Assembly (NCBI GenBank): GCA_036722335.1
Contig: DAIMJI010000002.1
Span: 7,739-71,738 of the forward strand
Source of the DNA: Synergistales bacterium
Lineage (GTDB): Bacteria; Synergistota; Synergistia; Synergistales; 79-D21
Reading direction: 5' to 3'
Length of the DNA: 64,000 nucleotides
The notes under the pieces are model-generated. The model worked only from the letters and a program-made list of their open reading frames with translations, was not told the origin of the DNA and did not search any database. Shown here piece after piece: positions 8,806 through 19,482 of the stretch (position 1 is the first letter of the stretch; the number at the start of each line of letters is the position of its first letter). The translations under genes and the position numbers were made by a program.

Positions 8806-10278
8806 CTACTCGGCCCAGTAGTTGGGGGCCTCCTTGGTGATGACGACGTCGTGCGGGTGGCTTTCCTTGACGGATGCGGCGGTCACTTTCACGAAGCGGG
8901 ATTTTTCGTGAAGTCCGTCTATATTGGCTGCCCCGACATAACCCATTCCTGAACGCAGCCCGCCGATCATCTGGAAAATGACGGCACCGGCTGTTCCCTT
9001 GTACGGGACCAACCCTTCGATTCCTTCCGGGACCAGTTTCTCTTCCGTTACGCCCTCCTGGAAATACCTGTCCTTGCTGCAGCCTTCCTTCATCGCGCCG
9101 AGGGATCCCATTCCCCTGTAGCTCTTGTAGGAACGGCCCCGGTAAATGACTTCTTCTCCCGGGCTTTCCTCGGTTCCGGCAAAAAGAGAACCGATCATGA
9201 CGCAGTCCGCTCCGGCCGCCAGGGCCTTGACGACGTCGCCCGAATACCTGATTCCGCCGTCCGCGATAACCTTTTTCCCGAGACGATGGGCCACAGGGGC
9301 CACTTCCATTATGGCCGCGACCTGGGGAACCCCGATACCCGCGATAATTCGCGTCGTGCAAATCGATCCCGGACCCACGCCAACCTTTACGGAGTCGGCG
9401 CCCGCCTCTATGAGTGCCTCGGCGGCTTTCGCGGTCGCGATGTTACCGGCGACGATCGGGAGGTCAGGATAATTCTTCCGGATAAAGCGCACGGTTTCGA
9501 TAACCGCCCGGGAATGTCCGTGGGCCGTGTCGGCGACGATTAAGTCGGCCCCTCCCTTGACCAGGGCTTCAACCCTTTCCGGGACGTCCTTCCCTACGCC
9601 AACCGCTGCCCCTACCCTTAGCCTGCCGTGGGAATCCTTGCATGCGCTTGGGAAATCCTTGGCTTTTTGAATATCCTTGATCGTGATGAGCCCCTTGAGT
9701 GTCCCGTTCCCGTCGACTATGGGGAGTTTTTCAACCTTGTGTCGCATCAGGATCGCCTTGGCGTCCTCCAATGTTGTCCCTACAGGGGCGGTGATAAGGT
9801 TTTCTTTGGTCATGACCTTGCTCACGGATTGGGCGTAATCGGTCACGAAACGAAGGTCCCGGTTCGTGATGATGCCAACAAGCCGCATTTTCTCATCGAC
9901 AATCGGCACACCGGAAATATGGTAATGCTCCATCAACGAAACGGCTTCCTGTACGGCTGCCGTGGGGGTCAGGAAAAAGGGGTCGACAATGACCCCGGAT
10001 TCCGATCTCTTCACCTTGTCGATTTCCCGTACCTGGGCCTCGGGAGTCATGTTGCGGTGAATGATCCCGATCCCCCCCTCGCGTGCCACGGCGATCGCCA
10101 GCCTGCCCTCGGTCACGGTGTCCATGGCCGCACTGCAAAGAGGGATGTTGACGGGAATCTGGGGTGTTATCCAGCTTCTGACATCCACGGCGGCGGGAAC
10201 GACTTCACTGTAATCTGGGACAAGAAGGATATCATCGAAAGTGAAACCTTCATACGGGACAAAACTGTTCTCCAACAC
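8806..10278 (-). CDS. guaB: IMP dehydrogenase
   Basis: [10 protein letters not shown], a CBS pair and the catalytic [11 protein letters not shown] loop. The start is placed at GTG 10278, which has a GGAGG SD about 10 nt upstream. The 47-aa track extension to 10419 overlaps ispDF and is rejected. Confidence 0.95.
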   Translation of the reverse strand: MLENSFVPYEGFTFDDILLVPDYSEVVPAAVDVRSWITPQIPVNIPLCSAAMDTVTEGRLAIAVAREGGIGIIHRNMTPEAQVREIDKVKRSESGVIVDPFFLTPTAAVQEAVSLMEHYHISGVPIVDEKMRLVGIITNRDLRFVTDYAQSVSKVMTKENLITAPVGTTLEDAKAILMRHKVEKLPIVDGNGTLKGLITIKDIQKAKDFPSACKDSHGRLRVGAAVGVGKDVPERVEALVKGGADLIVADTAHGHSRAVIETVRFIRKNYPDLPIVAGNIATAKAAEALIEAGADSVKVGVGPGSICTTRIIAGIGVPQVAAIMEVAPVAHRLGKKVIADGGIRYSGDVVKALAAGADCVMIGSLFAGTEESPGEEVIYRGRSYKSYRGMGSLGAMKEGCSKDRYFQEGVTEEKLVPEGIEGLVPYKGTAGAVIFQMIGGLRSGMGYVGAANIDGLHEKSRFVKVTAASVKESHPHDVVITKEAPNYWAE

Positions 10279-10331
10279 GATCCTTGCACCTCCCGGTGAA
10301 ACGCTTGGCGGAAGTCTATACGAAAACCAGC

Positions 10332-11531
10332 TCAGGGGCAAGCGTCTTGCTGAAACGAAAAATACCTGCGGGCATGGACATTTCTGGAAAGTGTCGCCAC
10401 CGCATGGCATTCCATGCACCTGCCCTCACCCACAACGCCGAGGCCTTCTCCCGACTTGACCTTCAGGTTGACAACACGGGATCCGGAGCCAAGGCCCAGG
10501 GCCTTTCCCATGGAATCCACGATCCTCGAGACGGATTCCCCCAACCTGGGAACTTGCGCCTTCAGGGCAAGGTCAATCCAGCTGATCCTCCAACCTTCCC
10601 TATGGACCCTGTCAGCTGCTTCACGAAAGAGGTCCAGGCTGAATGCGTCCCGGTATTCCTCGCTGGAAGCGGGGAAAAGAGTCCCGATATCCGGGAGCCC
10701 AGCGCCTCCAAGGATGGCATCAGAAGCGGCGTGACAAAGGCAATCCGCGTCGGAATGACCATCAAGCCCAAGCCGGCTCGGGATCCGTATTCCCCCCAGT
10801 ATCAGTTTCCTGCCGGGAACGAGCGGGTGAATGTCATACCCAAAGCCGGTTCGCCATTCCAGTTGACCTGCCAAAAGGGAATGTGCCACGAAAAGGTCTT
10901 CGGGGAAGGTTACCTTGATGTTTGCCGTTTCTCCCCTTACCAGTGCGACTTGCTTTCCTGCCGCTCCCCAGGCTTCCGATTCGTCCCTGGTCCCCTTGCC
11001 GAACCGCTTCATGGCTTCGATCAGTTCCTCACGGGCGAAAGCCTGGGGGGTTTGGGCCCTGAGAATGCCCTCCCGGTCCAGGGTTTCCAGCCGATTCCCC
11101 CGGTATTGCTTCAAGGCGTCAGCCACGGGTATCACGGGGATCGCCCCGCCGGTTACCCGGGCCTTCTCGAGAAGTTCGCGGCAAAGTCCCTCCGATGCAA
11201 GCGGACGGGCCGCGTCGTGGACAAGAACGATCTTTCCGCGGGCGGCGGTTAGCCCGTTCATGACGGATGCTGAACGTTCTTCCCCGCCGGCGGCCAGAAC
11301 CACGGGAATGTGAAAATGCCTGCATTTCCCCTGGAAAATCTCGAGATCCTCCGCAGGGACGACGAGGACGAGTTCATCGACGAGCGATTGCCTCGAAAGT
11401 GAATCCGCAAGGCGTGCTGACCATTCCCAAAGCTCCAGTCCCGCTGTTTGGGCATACTGCTTGGGAAGCGGTCCGCCCATCCGCTTGCCTCTGCCCGCCG
11501 CAACCAGGATGAAAGAGGCACCGGCCGTCAA
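10332..11531 (-). CDS. ispDF: Bifunctional IspD/IspF (MEP cytidylyltransferase / MEcPP synthase)
   Basis: N-terminal ILVAAGRGKRMG (IspD). The C-terminal half has GFGYDIHPL...GHSDADCLCHAASDAILG (IspF). Confidence 0.9.
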   Translation of the reverse strand: MTAGASFILVAAGRGKRMGGPLPKQYAQTAGLELWEWSARLADSLSRQSLVDELVLVVPAEDLEIFQGKCRHFHIPVVLAAGGEERSASVMNGLTAARGKIVLVHDAARPLASEGLCRELLEKARVTGGAIPVIPVADALKQYRGNRLETLDREGILRAQTPQAFAREELIEAMKRFGKGTRDESEAWGAAGKQVALVRGETANIKVTFPEDLFVAHSLLAGQLEWRTGFGYDIHPLVPGRKLILGGIRIPSRLGLDGHSDADCLCHAASDAILGGAGLPDIGTLFPASSEEYRDAFSLDLFREAADRVHREGWRISWIDLALKAQVPRLGESVSRIVDSMGKALGLGSGSRVVNLKVKSGEGLGVVGEGRCMECHAVATLSRNVHARRYFSFQQDACP

Positions 11532-12691
11532 CGAGAAACCTCCCTGACGAAACGGCCAAAGATCATCCTCCCCGCCGAAGTCTGGAGGAGAGAGGTCACG
11601 AACACCTCTACCCTTCGTCCGATATACCGTTGTCCGTCTTCGACGACGATCATCGTGCCGTCTTCCAGGTATCCCACTCCCTGGTTGGGTTCCTTGCCTT
11701 CGCGCAGGATGTCTACAGTGAGGCTTTCCCCGGGAAGGAGAACGGGTTTCAGCGAATTCGAGAGATCATTGACGTTGAGGATCATGACCTTCTCGACCTG
11801 TGCTCTCATGTTGAGGTTGTAGTCGGTTGTGAGGATCTTTCCACCCAGTTGCTTCGCGAGGGCAAGCAGGGCTTCGTCAACGGCTTCGAGCCCCAGGTCC
11901 TTCAGTGTCACTTCGAGGACTTCCACCTGGACTTCCTTGAGCTTCTGCAGGGCGCTTACGACATCGAATCCCCTTCGTCCCCTTGACCTTTTGATCGGGT
12001 CAGTCGAATCGGCTACAGACTGCAATTCGGTCAGGACGAACCTCGGCAGGGCGATTGGGCCATCCAGGAAACCGACTTTCGCGATATCGAGGATACGCCC
12101 GTCTATGATGACGCTCGTGTCCAGGATCTTAGGGGCCGTGCCACGGCTTTCATCCGTGTAGATTTCCTCAGGTTGAGGTGATTGGGAACCTTTTAACTTT
12201 CTCCCGCGGAAGGGGAGCTTTCCCTTCAGGCCACCGAGCGAGGACCACATGTTGAGGATCTCGTCACGGCGGCGGGAGAAAATCCTGACGCCAAGGTAAC
12301 CCAGCGTCAGGTTCAGCAGGACCGCGATGTAACTCCCGACGGCGGGAAGCCCTGAGAACGGCAACGCGATGAGGTTGGCGACGAGAAGCCCGACGATCAG
12401 GCCGATCACCGAGATGGCGATGTCGTGCCAGCTCGTTGACTGCAGTTGCCGTTCTGAGAATGACCCGATAAAGCTGAGGCCCTTGATGAAATAATGGGTA
12501 AGAATAAAGCCTGCGAGGGACAGGAAACCGATGAACAGAAGGTTGACCGCGATCACGTGACTCAAGGAGGCTCCAGGCCACCATCCCTGCTTGAGGACGA
12601 ACTGGGCCAGCTGATATCCCGCTACTCCTCCAAGAAGGGCAAACAGGACGCGTGTTCCCGCCTTCATGATTTTCCCAAAACCTTCTGCCAT
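11528..12691 (-). CDS. yacL: PIN/TRAM-domain membrane protein (YacL-like)
   Basis: Four N-terminal TM helices, a PIN domain (ILDTSVIIDGRI) and a C-terminal TRAM domain (VEVFVTSLLQTSAGRMIFGR). Confidence 0.8.
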   Translation of the reverse strand: MAEGFGKIMKAGTRVLFALLGGVAGYQLAQFVLKQGWWPGASLSHVIAVNLLFIGFLSLAGFILTHYFIKGLSFIGSFSERQLQSTSWHDIAISVIGLIVGLLVANLIALPFSGLPAVGSYIAVLLNLTLGYLGVRIFSRRRDEILNMWSSLGGLKGKLPFRGRKLKGSQSPQPEEIYTDESRGTAPKILDTSVIIDGRILDIAKVGFLDGPIALPRFVLTELQSVADSTDPIKRSRGRRGFDVVSALQKLKEVQVEVLEVTLKDLGLEAVDEALLALAKQLGGKILTTDYNLNMRAQVEKVMILNVNDLSNSLKPVLLPGESLTVDILREGKEPNQGVGYLEDGTMIVVEDGQRYIGRRVEVFVTSLLQTSAGRMIFGRFVREVSR

Positions 12692-12724
12692 GTTCTCACT
12701 CCTTTCGTTTAAGCCTTGATACCG

Positions 12725-13336
12725 CTAGGGGCCGGTTCGGGAAACGCTTTGCCGGGCCTCCAGGGCCGCATGCAAAGTCACCCGGTCGGCATAACCGATG
12801 GCCCCGCCAACGGGAAGCCCGTACGCGAGCCGTGAAAGACGGATTTCGAGTCCCTTCAGGGCATCGATAACCGCAAAATAGGTGAGGTCTCCTTCAACGC
12901 AAGGGTTTGTCGCTATAATCACTTCCTTGATTCCCAAATTCACGACCCGGCGACGAAGGCTGTCCAGGATCCGGGGATCAATGTCTTCCCCGTCCAGCGG
13001 AGAAACGTGACCTCCGAGGACATGGTATATTCCGCCGAAGACCGAGGCCTGCTCAAGGCAAACCAGGTCCTCGGCCGTTTCAACCACGCACAAGGTCTTC
13101 CTGTCCCTGAAGGGATCGGCGCAAACCGGACACGGATCCTCTTCCGTGAAATTTCCGCACTCGGCGCACGGATGCAGGCTCTCCTTCAGGGTCCGAACAG
13201 CCTCCGCGAAGTCACGGCTGAAGGTCTCCGGTTGTCCCAGCAGGTGGAAAACGATACGCCTGGCGCTCTTTTCACCGATGCCCGGCAGCCTGCAAAGGGC
13301 CGTGGTCAGCTTCTCGATGGGCGGAGGAAGTGACAA
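12725..13336 (-). CDS. recR: Recombination protein RecR
   Basis: LPGIGEKSARRI helix-hairpin-helix, a C4 zinc finger (CAECGNF...CPVC) and a Toprim domain. Confidence 0.95.
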   Translation of the reverse strand: MSLPPPIEKLTTALCRLPGIGEKSARRIVFHLLGQPETFSRDFAEAVRTLKESLHPCAECGNFTEEDPCPVCADPFRDRKTLCVVETAEDLVCLEQASVFGGIYHVLGGHVSPLDGEDIDPRILDSLRRRVVNLGIKEVIIATNPCVEGDLTYFAVIDALKGLEIRLSRLAYGLPVGGAIGYADRVTLHAALEARQSVSRTGP

Positions 13337-13352
13337 TGGCGTCCGGCCTCCC

Positions 13353-13691
13353 CTACATCATTCCCGGAAAGCCCATGCCGCCCGTTATGCCGCTCATCCT
13401 CGCCCCCGCAATTTCCCTGCTCTTGCGAACGGCCTCGTTTATGGCAGCGACGATGAGGTCCTCGAGCATTTCGGTATCGTCCGGATTGACAACCTCTTTT
13501 TCAAGGCGGACCGAAATGATATCCCCCTGCCCGTTCACCGTGACCTTCACCATTCCGCCCCCGGCAAGTCCTTCTATCCTTTCGTTCGCCAGTTCTTCCT
13601 GCATCCGGGCCATGTCTGCCTGCATCTTCTGTGCCTGCTTCAGTATCTTGTCAAACTTCAACCCAATTCCCTCCTCGAAAGGTTCTTTCAA
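13353..13691 (-). CDS. ybaB: Nucleoid-associated protein YbaB/EbfC
   Basis: 112 aa with KQAQKMQADMARMQEEL...GGGMVKVTVNG. It is paired with recR as usual. Confidence 0.9.
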   Translation of the reverse strand: MKEPFEEGIGLKFDKILKQAQKMQADMARMQEELANERIEGLAGGGMVKVTVNGQGDIISVRLEKEVVNPDDTEMLEDLIVAAINEAVRKSREIAGARMSGITGGMGFPGMM

Positions 13692-14152
13692 TCGTGATGA
13701 TAGGAAGAGCCGTTAAGTATGGATACGGCCCGGTAAACCTGTTCTGCCAGCAGGACAAGGCAAAGTTCGTGGGGAAAAGTCATCGGCGAAAGAGAGAGGG
13801 TATCGTCCGCCCTTTCGCGTACTTTCCTCGAAACCCCATAGGCCCCCCCTACCAACAGGCAAAGCCGGCCACCTGACGACTCCATTTTATTCGATAACCA
13901 GCGTGCCAGGTTAACGCTTGTCATCATTTTCCCTCTTTCGTCAAGGAGGACGAGCGTGTCCCTGGCAGTCAGCATCTTCAGGATCCTTTCACCCTCGGAC
14001 TCTCTCGTGACTTCCGGGTCCTTCCCCCTGTTCTCCCTCGCCGTCTCATGGGAAACCGGCACATAACGGGAAATCCGCTTGAGGTAATCCGTAAGCATTT
14101 CCCTGAGGGCCTCCGATTTCATGCGGCCCACGCTAAGAAAAAGAAGCTTCAT
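13688..14152 (-). CDS. rlmH: 23S rRNA (pseudouridine1915-N3)-methyltransferase RlmH
   Basis: 154-aa SPOUT family protein with LDERGK...LLVGGAYG...LSLSPMTFPHEL. Confidence 0.85.
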   Translation of the reverse strand: MKLLFLSVGRMKSEALREMLTDYLKRISRYVPVSHETARENRGKDPEVTRESEGERILKMLTARDTLVLLDERGKMMTSVNLARWLSNKMESSGGRLCLLVGGAYGVSRKVRERADDTLSLSPMTFPHELCLVLLAEQVYRAVSILNGSSYHHD

Positions 14153-14343
14153 CCGGCCGACACTCTAGAACGGACGAGCCGCCGCAGGTCGACGGGGTCG
14201 AAAGTGTTTTTTTTCCCGCACCCAAGGCACTCCAGCTCGATCTGGGAACCGATGGAGAGGACCCGCCAAAGGTCGTTTCCGCAAGGGTGTTTTTTCCTGA
14301 GCCTGAGAATTGTCCCGGCTTCGAACGGGGCTTCGAAGGTCAC
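14149..14343 (-). CDS. DUF951 family small protein
   Basis: 64 aa. LRKKHPCGNDLWRVLSIGSQIELECLGCG matches, from memory, the DUF951 pattern (KKxHPCGs..w.v.r.GaDi.ikC..Cg). Confidence 0.7.
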   Translation of the reverse strand: MTFEAPFEAGTILRLRKKHPCGNDLWRVLSIGSQIELECLGCGKKNTFDPVDLRRLVRSRVSAG

Positions 14344-14996
14344 GATGAAACCTCTTTCCTGGCAGATTCCTGCTTGCGGAGCGATTTGGTCCTGAGGCGC
14401 TTGACATTGAAGAGTTCCTGCCTTTCCCTCTCGGAGAGGGTCTCCCTAATCCTTTTCAAATCCCTCTCCAGTGAAGGCAGGAGAAGGTGCTGGAGAGTGT
14501 TGATCTTTTGCAGCGTTCTCTTCATTTCTCTTTCCAGGGCCTGGAGCTTGGCCTTCTTGTTGATGAACTCCCATACGAGAGTTTTCCCATCTTCCAGCGA
14601 CTTCAGGAGATCGTCAAGGTTCAGGGATGCCAGGGCCGGGTCGTAGGCGAGGCTTTCATTCTCCGCCGCCAGCCCCTCGTAAGGGTCCGAGAATTGCGGG
14701 TAGCGGCAGCCCATCAGGGTGTGAAGAGTCGAACGAATTTCCAACGGCGGGGAAACAGGCTTGAGGACCCTCAGTGCGAAATGCCCGTCGAAAATGCGAA
14801 CAAGGGAATAGGAAAAAGACAGTTTCCCGCAAAGTTCCCGGAAGCGGCGTTCGATTTCCTTGAAAAGGCGCCGATCTTCCTCTATGGCACGGATTAAGGC
14901 ATCCCGCTTTTTTTCCAGGAGCAGTTTGCCGTACTGTACGACTCCGATTTGCCTCCTCAGGGATAGGAGTTGATCCCTGGTCGGGGGACGATTCAT
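14340..14996 (-). CDS. ntpD: V/A-type ATP synthase subunit D
   Basis: 218-aa coiled-coil central-stalk protein (PTRDQLLSLRRQIGVVQYGKLLLEKKRDAL). It is the last gene of the operon. Confidence 0.9.
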   Translation of the reverse strand: MNRPPTRDQLLSLRRQIGVVQYGKLLLEKKRDALIRAIEEDRRLFKEIERRFRELCGKLSFSYSLVRIFDGHFALRVLKPVSPPLEIRSTLHTLMGCRYPQFSDPYEGLAAENESLAYDPALASLNLDDLLKSLEDGKTLVWEFINKKAKLQALEREMKRTLQKINTLQHLLLPSLERDLKRIRETLSERERQELFNVKRLRTKSLRKQESARKEVSS

Positions 14997-14999
14997 GGC

Positions 15000-16385
15000 C
15001 TAGGCTCCCTCTCCCCTGCCCAAGCGGCTCGATACGAGCTCTTCCGGAAGCCTGTAGAGTTCGGATACGGGAAGGCCGGACAGGGATTCCCATGCTTCTT
15101 CTAGTGAAGATGCGAGGTTGCGGCGCGACTCCCCCTGGTTCACGAACTTCTTCTCGAATGAAGCTCCGAACCTGATATAGCGATGCTCCAGGGGCGAAAG
15201 GCCCTCTTCGCCCACGATCAGCTTTAGTCGTTCAAGTTCGCGTGAGCGCGCGTAAGCCGCGTAAAGCTGGTCTGCCATCGAGCGATGCTCAGGTACGGTC
15301 CGGCCTTTGCCGATTCCTTTGTTCATGAGCCGGCTAAGGCTGGGGAGGACGTTCACAGGCGGATAGACGTTTCGGTCGTGCAGGTTCCTGTCCAGGACGA
15401 TCTGTCCCTCGGTTATATAGCCAGACAGGTCTACGACAGGGTGGGTCATGTCATCGTCGGGCATGGTGATGATGGGTATCTGCGTGACGCTCCCGCCGCA
15501 TCCGTGGACACAGCCTGCCCTTTCATAAAGGCTCGCCAGGTCCGAGTACATGTATCCCGGGAATCCGCGCCTTCCTGGAACTTCTTCCCTTGCCGCGCTG
15601 ATTTCCCGCAGGGCTTCACAATAGTGAAGCATGTCTGTCATGACGACCAGCACGTCGTAGCCCTTCTCGAACGCGAAATACTCGGCCACGCTGAGGGCCA
15701 TGCGAGGGGTCAGGAGACGCTCGACCGCCGAATCGCTCGCAAGGTTGATGAAAAAGACCCCGTTATCCAGGGCGCCGGTTTTTTTGAAATCGTCGAGAAA
15801 ATAGGCCGCTTCCCTGGCCGTGATCCCGATTGCCGCAAAAACGACAACGAAGGATGTCTCTTTCCCGGGGACCCTTGCCTGCCTGACGATCTGGGCGGCA
15901 AGACGGTTGGCCGGCAGCCCCGCACCTGAAAAGATGGGGAGTTTCTGGCCCCTGACGAGGGTGTTCATCAGGTCAATCGTCGAGATCCCCGTCTCTACGA
16001 ACGCGTTCGGGCTTGTCCTGGCCACCGGGTTCAGGGGCAGGCCGTTCACCGGAATCGTTTTTTCCACGAAGCCGAGCGGGACGCCGTCAAGGGGGCGCCC
16101 CCGGCCATCCATGACACGCCCCAGAAGGGACACTCCGACCGGTATGCGGACGATATCCCTCTCGAGCCAAACCGTCGTTCCCCCCGAGTGGAGTCCCATC
16201 GTTCCCTCGAAAACCTGTATCGCGCACAGGTCGCCGTCAACCTGGAGGACCTGGCCGGTCCGCAACCCGTCAGGGGTCTCGATAAGCACTCTCTCGCCGA
16301 ACCCGGCTTCACGGACCCCTGAAACCAGGAGAAGGGGCCCGACGATTCCCTTCACGGAACGGTATCCTTCCCTGTAAAGTTTCAT
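15000..16385 (-). CDS. ntpB: V/A-type ATP synthase subunit B
   Basis: 461-aa non-catalytic subunit (IFSGAGLPAN, TDMLHYCEALREIS). Confidence 0.95.
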   Translation of the reverse strand: MKLYREGYRSVKGIVGPLLLVSGVREAGFGERVLIETPDGLRTGQVLQVDGDLCAIQVFEGTMGLHSGGTTVWLERDIVRIPVGVSLLGRVMDGRGRPLDGVPLGFVEKTIPVNGLPLNPVARTSPNAFVETGISTIDLMNTLVRGQKLPIFSGAGLPANRLAAQIVRQARVPGKETSFVVVFAAIGITAREAAYFLDDFKKTGALDNGVFFINLASDSAVERLLTPRMALSVAEYFAFEKGYDVLVVMTDMLHYCEALREISAAREEVPGRRGFPGYMYSDLASLYERAGCVHGCGGSVTQIPIITMPDDDMTHPVVDLSGYITEGQIVLDRNLHDRNVYPPVNVLPSLSRLMNKGIGKGRTVPEHRSMADQLYAAYARSRELERLKLIVGEEGLSPLEHRYIRFGASFEKKFVNQGESRRNLASSLEEAWESLSGLPVSELYRLPEELVSSRLGRGEGA

Positions 16386-18142
16386 CTGACGACCACCTCG
16401 ATTTTCCCAAGGTCTTCACCTGTGGCAAGGGTCCATTCGGCGGCCTCACCTTCGAATTCGGGGTCCGGGGTTCCCCTGAGCCTGAGAAGCCCGGCCCTGA
16501 AGGGGAGATCGGAGAACTGTTCGAACAGGACGCCCTGCTGGAGTCGTTCCCTGACCATTTCATCGAGTGTCCGCATTGTTGCAAGCAATCCTTTCATCTT
16601 GGCAAGGGAGCAGAACGCGTCAACGCTGTCAAACGCGTTTTGCTGGAGGAAAACGACCCGGAAGAGTTCGGAAAGGCTCAACGTCCACTTGTCCTGTTCG
16701 GATAAACCGTCTCTTCCGACCAACTGGACAAGTTCAAGAAGGGTCCTCTCCCTGGCGAGCGTTTCCGAGAGGAAAAGGCGAAGGTGCGCCCACTTCTCCC
16801 CCAGTTCTTCCAGGAACATACGGGACAGGGATTCGTCGTAGAGAGTGTAGCTGTTCTGCCAATTGATCGCGGGGAAATGCCTCTGTTGGGCAAGAGTCTT
16901 GTCCAGGGCCCAGAAGGTGCCGGAGAGACGCAGGCTTGACTGTGTCACCGGTTCGGAAAAATCTCCCCCGGGAGGGCTAACGGCGTTGATAACCGAGATG
17001 GACCCCTCTTCATCTCCCGGTCCCAGGGTCTTGACCCTTCCTGCCCTTTCGTAGTACTGGGCCAATCGTGTTCCAAGGTAAGCGGGATACCCTTCCTCTC
17101 CGGGCATTTCTTCCAGCCTTCCGCCTATTTCGCGCAGCGCCTCTGCCCACCTGGAAGTCGAATCGGCCATGATCGCCACCGCGTATCCCATGTCCCTGTA
17201 GAATTCGGCAATCGTCATTCCCAGGTATATGCTGGCTTCCCTTGCGGCCACCGGCATGTTCGAGGTGTTGGCCACCAGCACCATGCGTTCCATAAGGGGA
17301 ATGTTGTGGTATGGGTCCATGAGCGTCGGGAATTCCTCAAGGACTTCCGTCATCTCGTTTCCCCTTTCCCCGCAGCCGATGTAGACGATAACGTCTGCAT
17401 TGCACCATTTCGCAAGGGATTGCTGGGTGACCGTTTTCCCCGTCCCGAAGCCCCCGGGAATGACCGCCGCCCCGCCGAGGGCCATCGGGAAAAGCGTGTC
17501 GAGAATTCGTTGCCCCGTCAGGAGAGGCCTGTTGAAAGGAAGCCTGGAGGCGAAAGGCCGCCCCTTCCGGACTTCCCACCGGTGGGACAGGGTGATCTCC
17601 GTTCCGTCCTCCAGGCGGCATACAGGCTCTCTCAGTGTCACGCGGCCCGCGGGCGCGATCCATTCAACCCTTCCCCGGAGAGCGTTCGGAGGAAGCTTGA
17701 GTTTGTGGAGGATGCGTGCCCCTTCAGGCAGGGTCCCGATTGTCTCACCTGCCTGAGCCGGGTCCCCTGCCCGCAAAGCGGGGGAAAACTCCCAGGCTTT
17801 ATTTTCGTCAAGGGTTCCGATGTTTGCTCCCCTTCCGATGTACAACCCACTCTCCCGCAGCCTTGCCAGGGGGCGCCCGATCCCGTCGAGGACGCTGCCC
17901 AACAGGCCGGGGCCGAGCTCGACAGAGAGAAGTTCCCCGGAGAAGACGACAGGTTCACCGACCCTCATACCGGCAGTCTCTTCGTAAACCTGGATATCGA
18001 CTTCCTTTCCGCGGATACGAATGACTTCGCCCAGCAACGATTCCCGCCCAGCATGGACAATCTCGAACATCCTCACGGGAAAGTCGACGGCTGCCCGAAC
18101 GACCGGCCCCGATATTCCGATGACACTGCCTGTGTTGTTCAT
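16382..18142 (-). CDS. ntpA: V/A-type ATP synthase catalytic subunit A
   Basis: 586 aa with Walker A GGFGTGKTV. No intein. Confidence 0.95.
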   Translation of the reverse strand: MNNTGSVIGISGPVVRAAVDFPVRMFEIVHAGRESLLGEVIRIRGKEVDIQVYEETAGMRVGEPVVFSGELLSVELGPGLLGSVLDGIGRPLARLRESGLYIGRGANIGTLDENKAWEFSPALRAGDPAQAGETIGTLPEGARILHKLKLPPNALRGRVEWIAPAGRVTLREPVCRLEDGTEITLSHRWEVRKGRPFASRLPFNRPLLTGQRILDTLFPMALGGAAVIPGGFGTGKTVTQQSLAKWCNADVIVYIGCGERGNEMTEVLEEFPTLMDPYHNIPLMERMVLVANTSNMPVAAREASIYLGMTIAEFYRDMGYAVAIMADSTSRWAEALREIGGRLEEMPGEEGYPAYLGTRLAQYYERAGRVKTLGPGDEEGSISVINAVSPPGGDFSEPVTQSSLRLSGTFWALDKTLAQQRHFPAINWQNSYTLYDESLSRMFLEELGEKWAHLRLFLSETLARERTLLELVQLVGRDGLSEQDKWTLSLSELFRVVFLQQNAFDSVDAFCSLAKMKGLLATMRTLDEMVRERLQQGVLFEQFSDLPFRAGLLRLRGTPDPEFEGEAAEWTLATGEDLGKIEVVVR

Positions 18143-18151
18143 GCCCTCACC

Positions 18152-18421
18152 TCAGCCAAGGGAAGATTTCAGGCCTGGAAAGGTTATCCAGACGGGTTTC
18201 TGCATTTTCAAGAGCCTTTGCCGGATAAAGTCGGGGACCTTTTCAAACCACTCCTGCTCGACGATAAACAAAGAGACGTTTCCCTCCAGCAAGGCCCGCA
18301 TGTTCTCCCCGAGAGACGCCGGGTCTTCGCAGACGTAACGCTCGAATCCCATGAGTCCCCAGAGGTCTACGAACACCTGCTCCCCAATCACAACCACCTT
18401 TTCCGGTTGCCGGGCCGTCAT
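18152..18421 (-). CDS. V/A-type ATP synthase subunit F
   Basis: 89 aa with KVVVIGEQVFVDLWGLMG..., in the operon position between C and A. Confidence 0.8.
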   Translation of the reverse strand: MTARQPEKVVVIGEQVFVDLWGLMGFERYVCEDPASLGENMRALLEGNVSLFIVEQEWFEKVPDFIRQRLLKMQKPVWITFPGLKSSLG

Positions 18422-19482
18422 GAAAGAGGTCCCTCCTCAAGAACGTCGATCAGGCGGCGGCAGATTTCATTTGGAGTGTGCTCGAGCGCGAGTCCCACGG
18501 CCAGGATATTGAGATTCTGCCATTCGAGGAGAAGGCGCGAAATGAAGGACACCGAAACCTCGAAACCAAGAAGGTTTCTGCGGTAAAGAAAGGATTGCCA
18601 TCGCCAGAAAGCGGTGTTGAATTCCCCCTGCAATGAAAGGGGAGAACCCTTTTCGAGGCTGTCGGGATCGATTCCCCTGTTCCAGGGGGTTCCTTCGACG
18701 AGCGCCTTGATCGAACGAGCGCTCTCCAGCCTTTCCAGGGGAAGCGATCTTCCATAGGGTAAGAAGGAAACCGAGCCTTCCGTTCGTCGGCCGCTTTCCC
18801 TTTGCTTCCTGAACCAGATGCCAATATTCCAAAGATCGACGGATCTTCCAAGGACTTCCTGGGCGGTCTCGCTGCCTGCTCCGCTGATCTTGGTGAAAAG
18901 CTGGTGCAGGTGATCCAGGTAGGCGGTCAACAGTTGGCGTTCCGCATGGGGCAGCGGTTCGCCGGCTTGCCGGGCCGCCAGTGCCTCTCCCAGGGCCAGG
19001 GCAAGGGCCTTCCCGTTAGCCATGCATTTTTCCCTGGCATCCAGAACCGAACTTGCGGTCCAGAGGGTTCCGAAAAAATCAGTCCCCAGTTCCCCGTAGC
19101 CATGCCAGGAAGGAGTCTTTGCGGGATCCCTGCCCAAAGACAGGCCTCGAAGGACCAGGCGGCTATTATGGAGGTCGGACCGGGTTGTTACAACCTTGAC
19201 CAATTCGCGTGGCTCTCCCTGGGCAAGGCGTACGGTCGCGCGGATCTTTTCTGCGACTCCAATCGAGACGGCCATCTCGATTCGTGCGAGAGGGGAAGCT
19301 TCGATCGTGACGAGGTGGGCGCGGTAACTTTCGGCGTAGATGGAGTCGAGCAGGAATAGCTCGAGGTCCCGGATTGTGCCCTGCGCGAGCCTGCAAAGAT
19401 CCCGGTACTGAATGAAGGAACCCAGCCTCGCCCTGAGGCGGGCGTTAAGATAGCCGTAATTCTGGGAGAGGTTCCTGGACAT
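18418..19482 (-). CDS. V/A-type ATP synthase subunit C (d-type)
   Basis: 354-aa helical protein (YGYLNARLRARLG start) in the conserved operon position. Confidence 0.8.
   Translation of the reverse strand: MSRNLSQNYGYLNARLRARLGSFIQYRDLCRLAQGTIRDLELFLLDSIYAESYRAHLVTIEASPLARIEMAVSIGVAEKIRATVRLAQGEPRELVKVVTTRSDLHNSRLVLRGLSLGRDPAKTPSWHGYGELGTDFFGTLWTASSVLDAREKCMANGKALALALGEALAARQAGEPLPHAERQLLTAYLDHLHQLFTKISGAGSETAQEVLGRSVDLWNIGIWFRKQRESGRRTEGSVSFLPYGRSLPLERLESARSIKALVEGTPWNRGIDPDSLEKGSPLSLQGEFNTAFWRWQSFLYRRNLLGFEVSVSFISRLLLEWQNLNILAVGLALEHTPNEICRRLIDVLEEGPLS

Noticed and set aside
8806-10419. 537-aa guaB ORF with a 47-aa Cys/Pro-rich N-terminal extension.
   Set aside because: The extension overlaps the 3' end of ispDF and has no homology to IMPDH N-termini. 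GTG 10278, with a GGAGG SD, gives the canonical start before [10 protein letters not shown].
17306-18586. 426-aa plus-strand ORF antisense to V-ATPase subunits A, F and C.
   Set aside because: It crosses three real gene boundaries on the opposite strand and its translation is low-complexity (P/R/G-rich). It is a high-GC artefact. The same applies to 10284-11252, 9628-10299, 33298-34194, 47517-48356 and 43578-44357.
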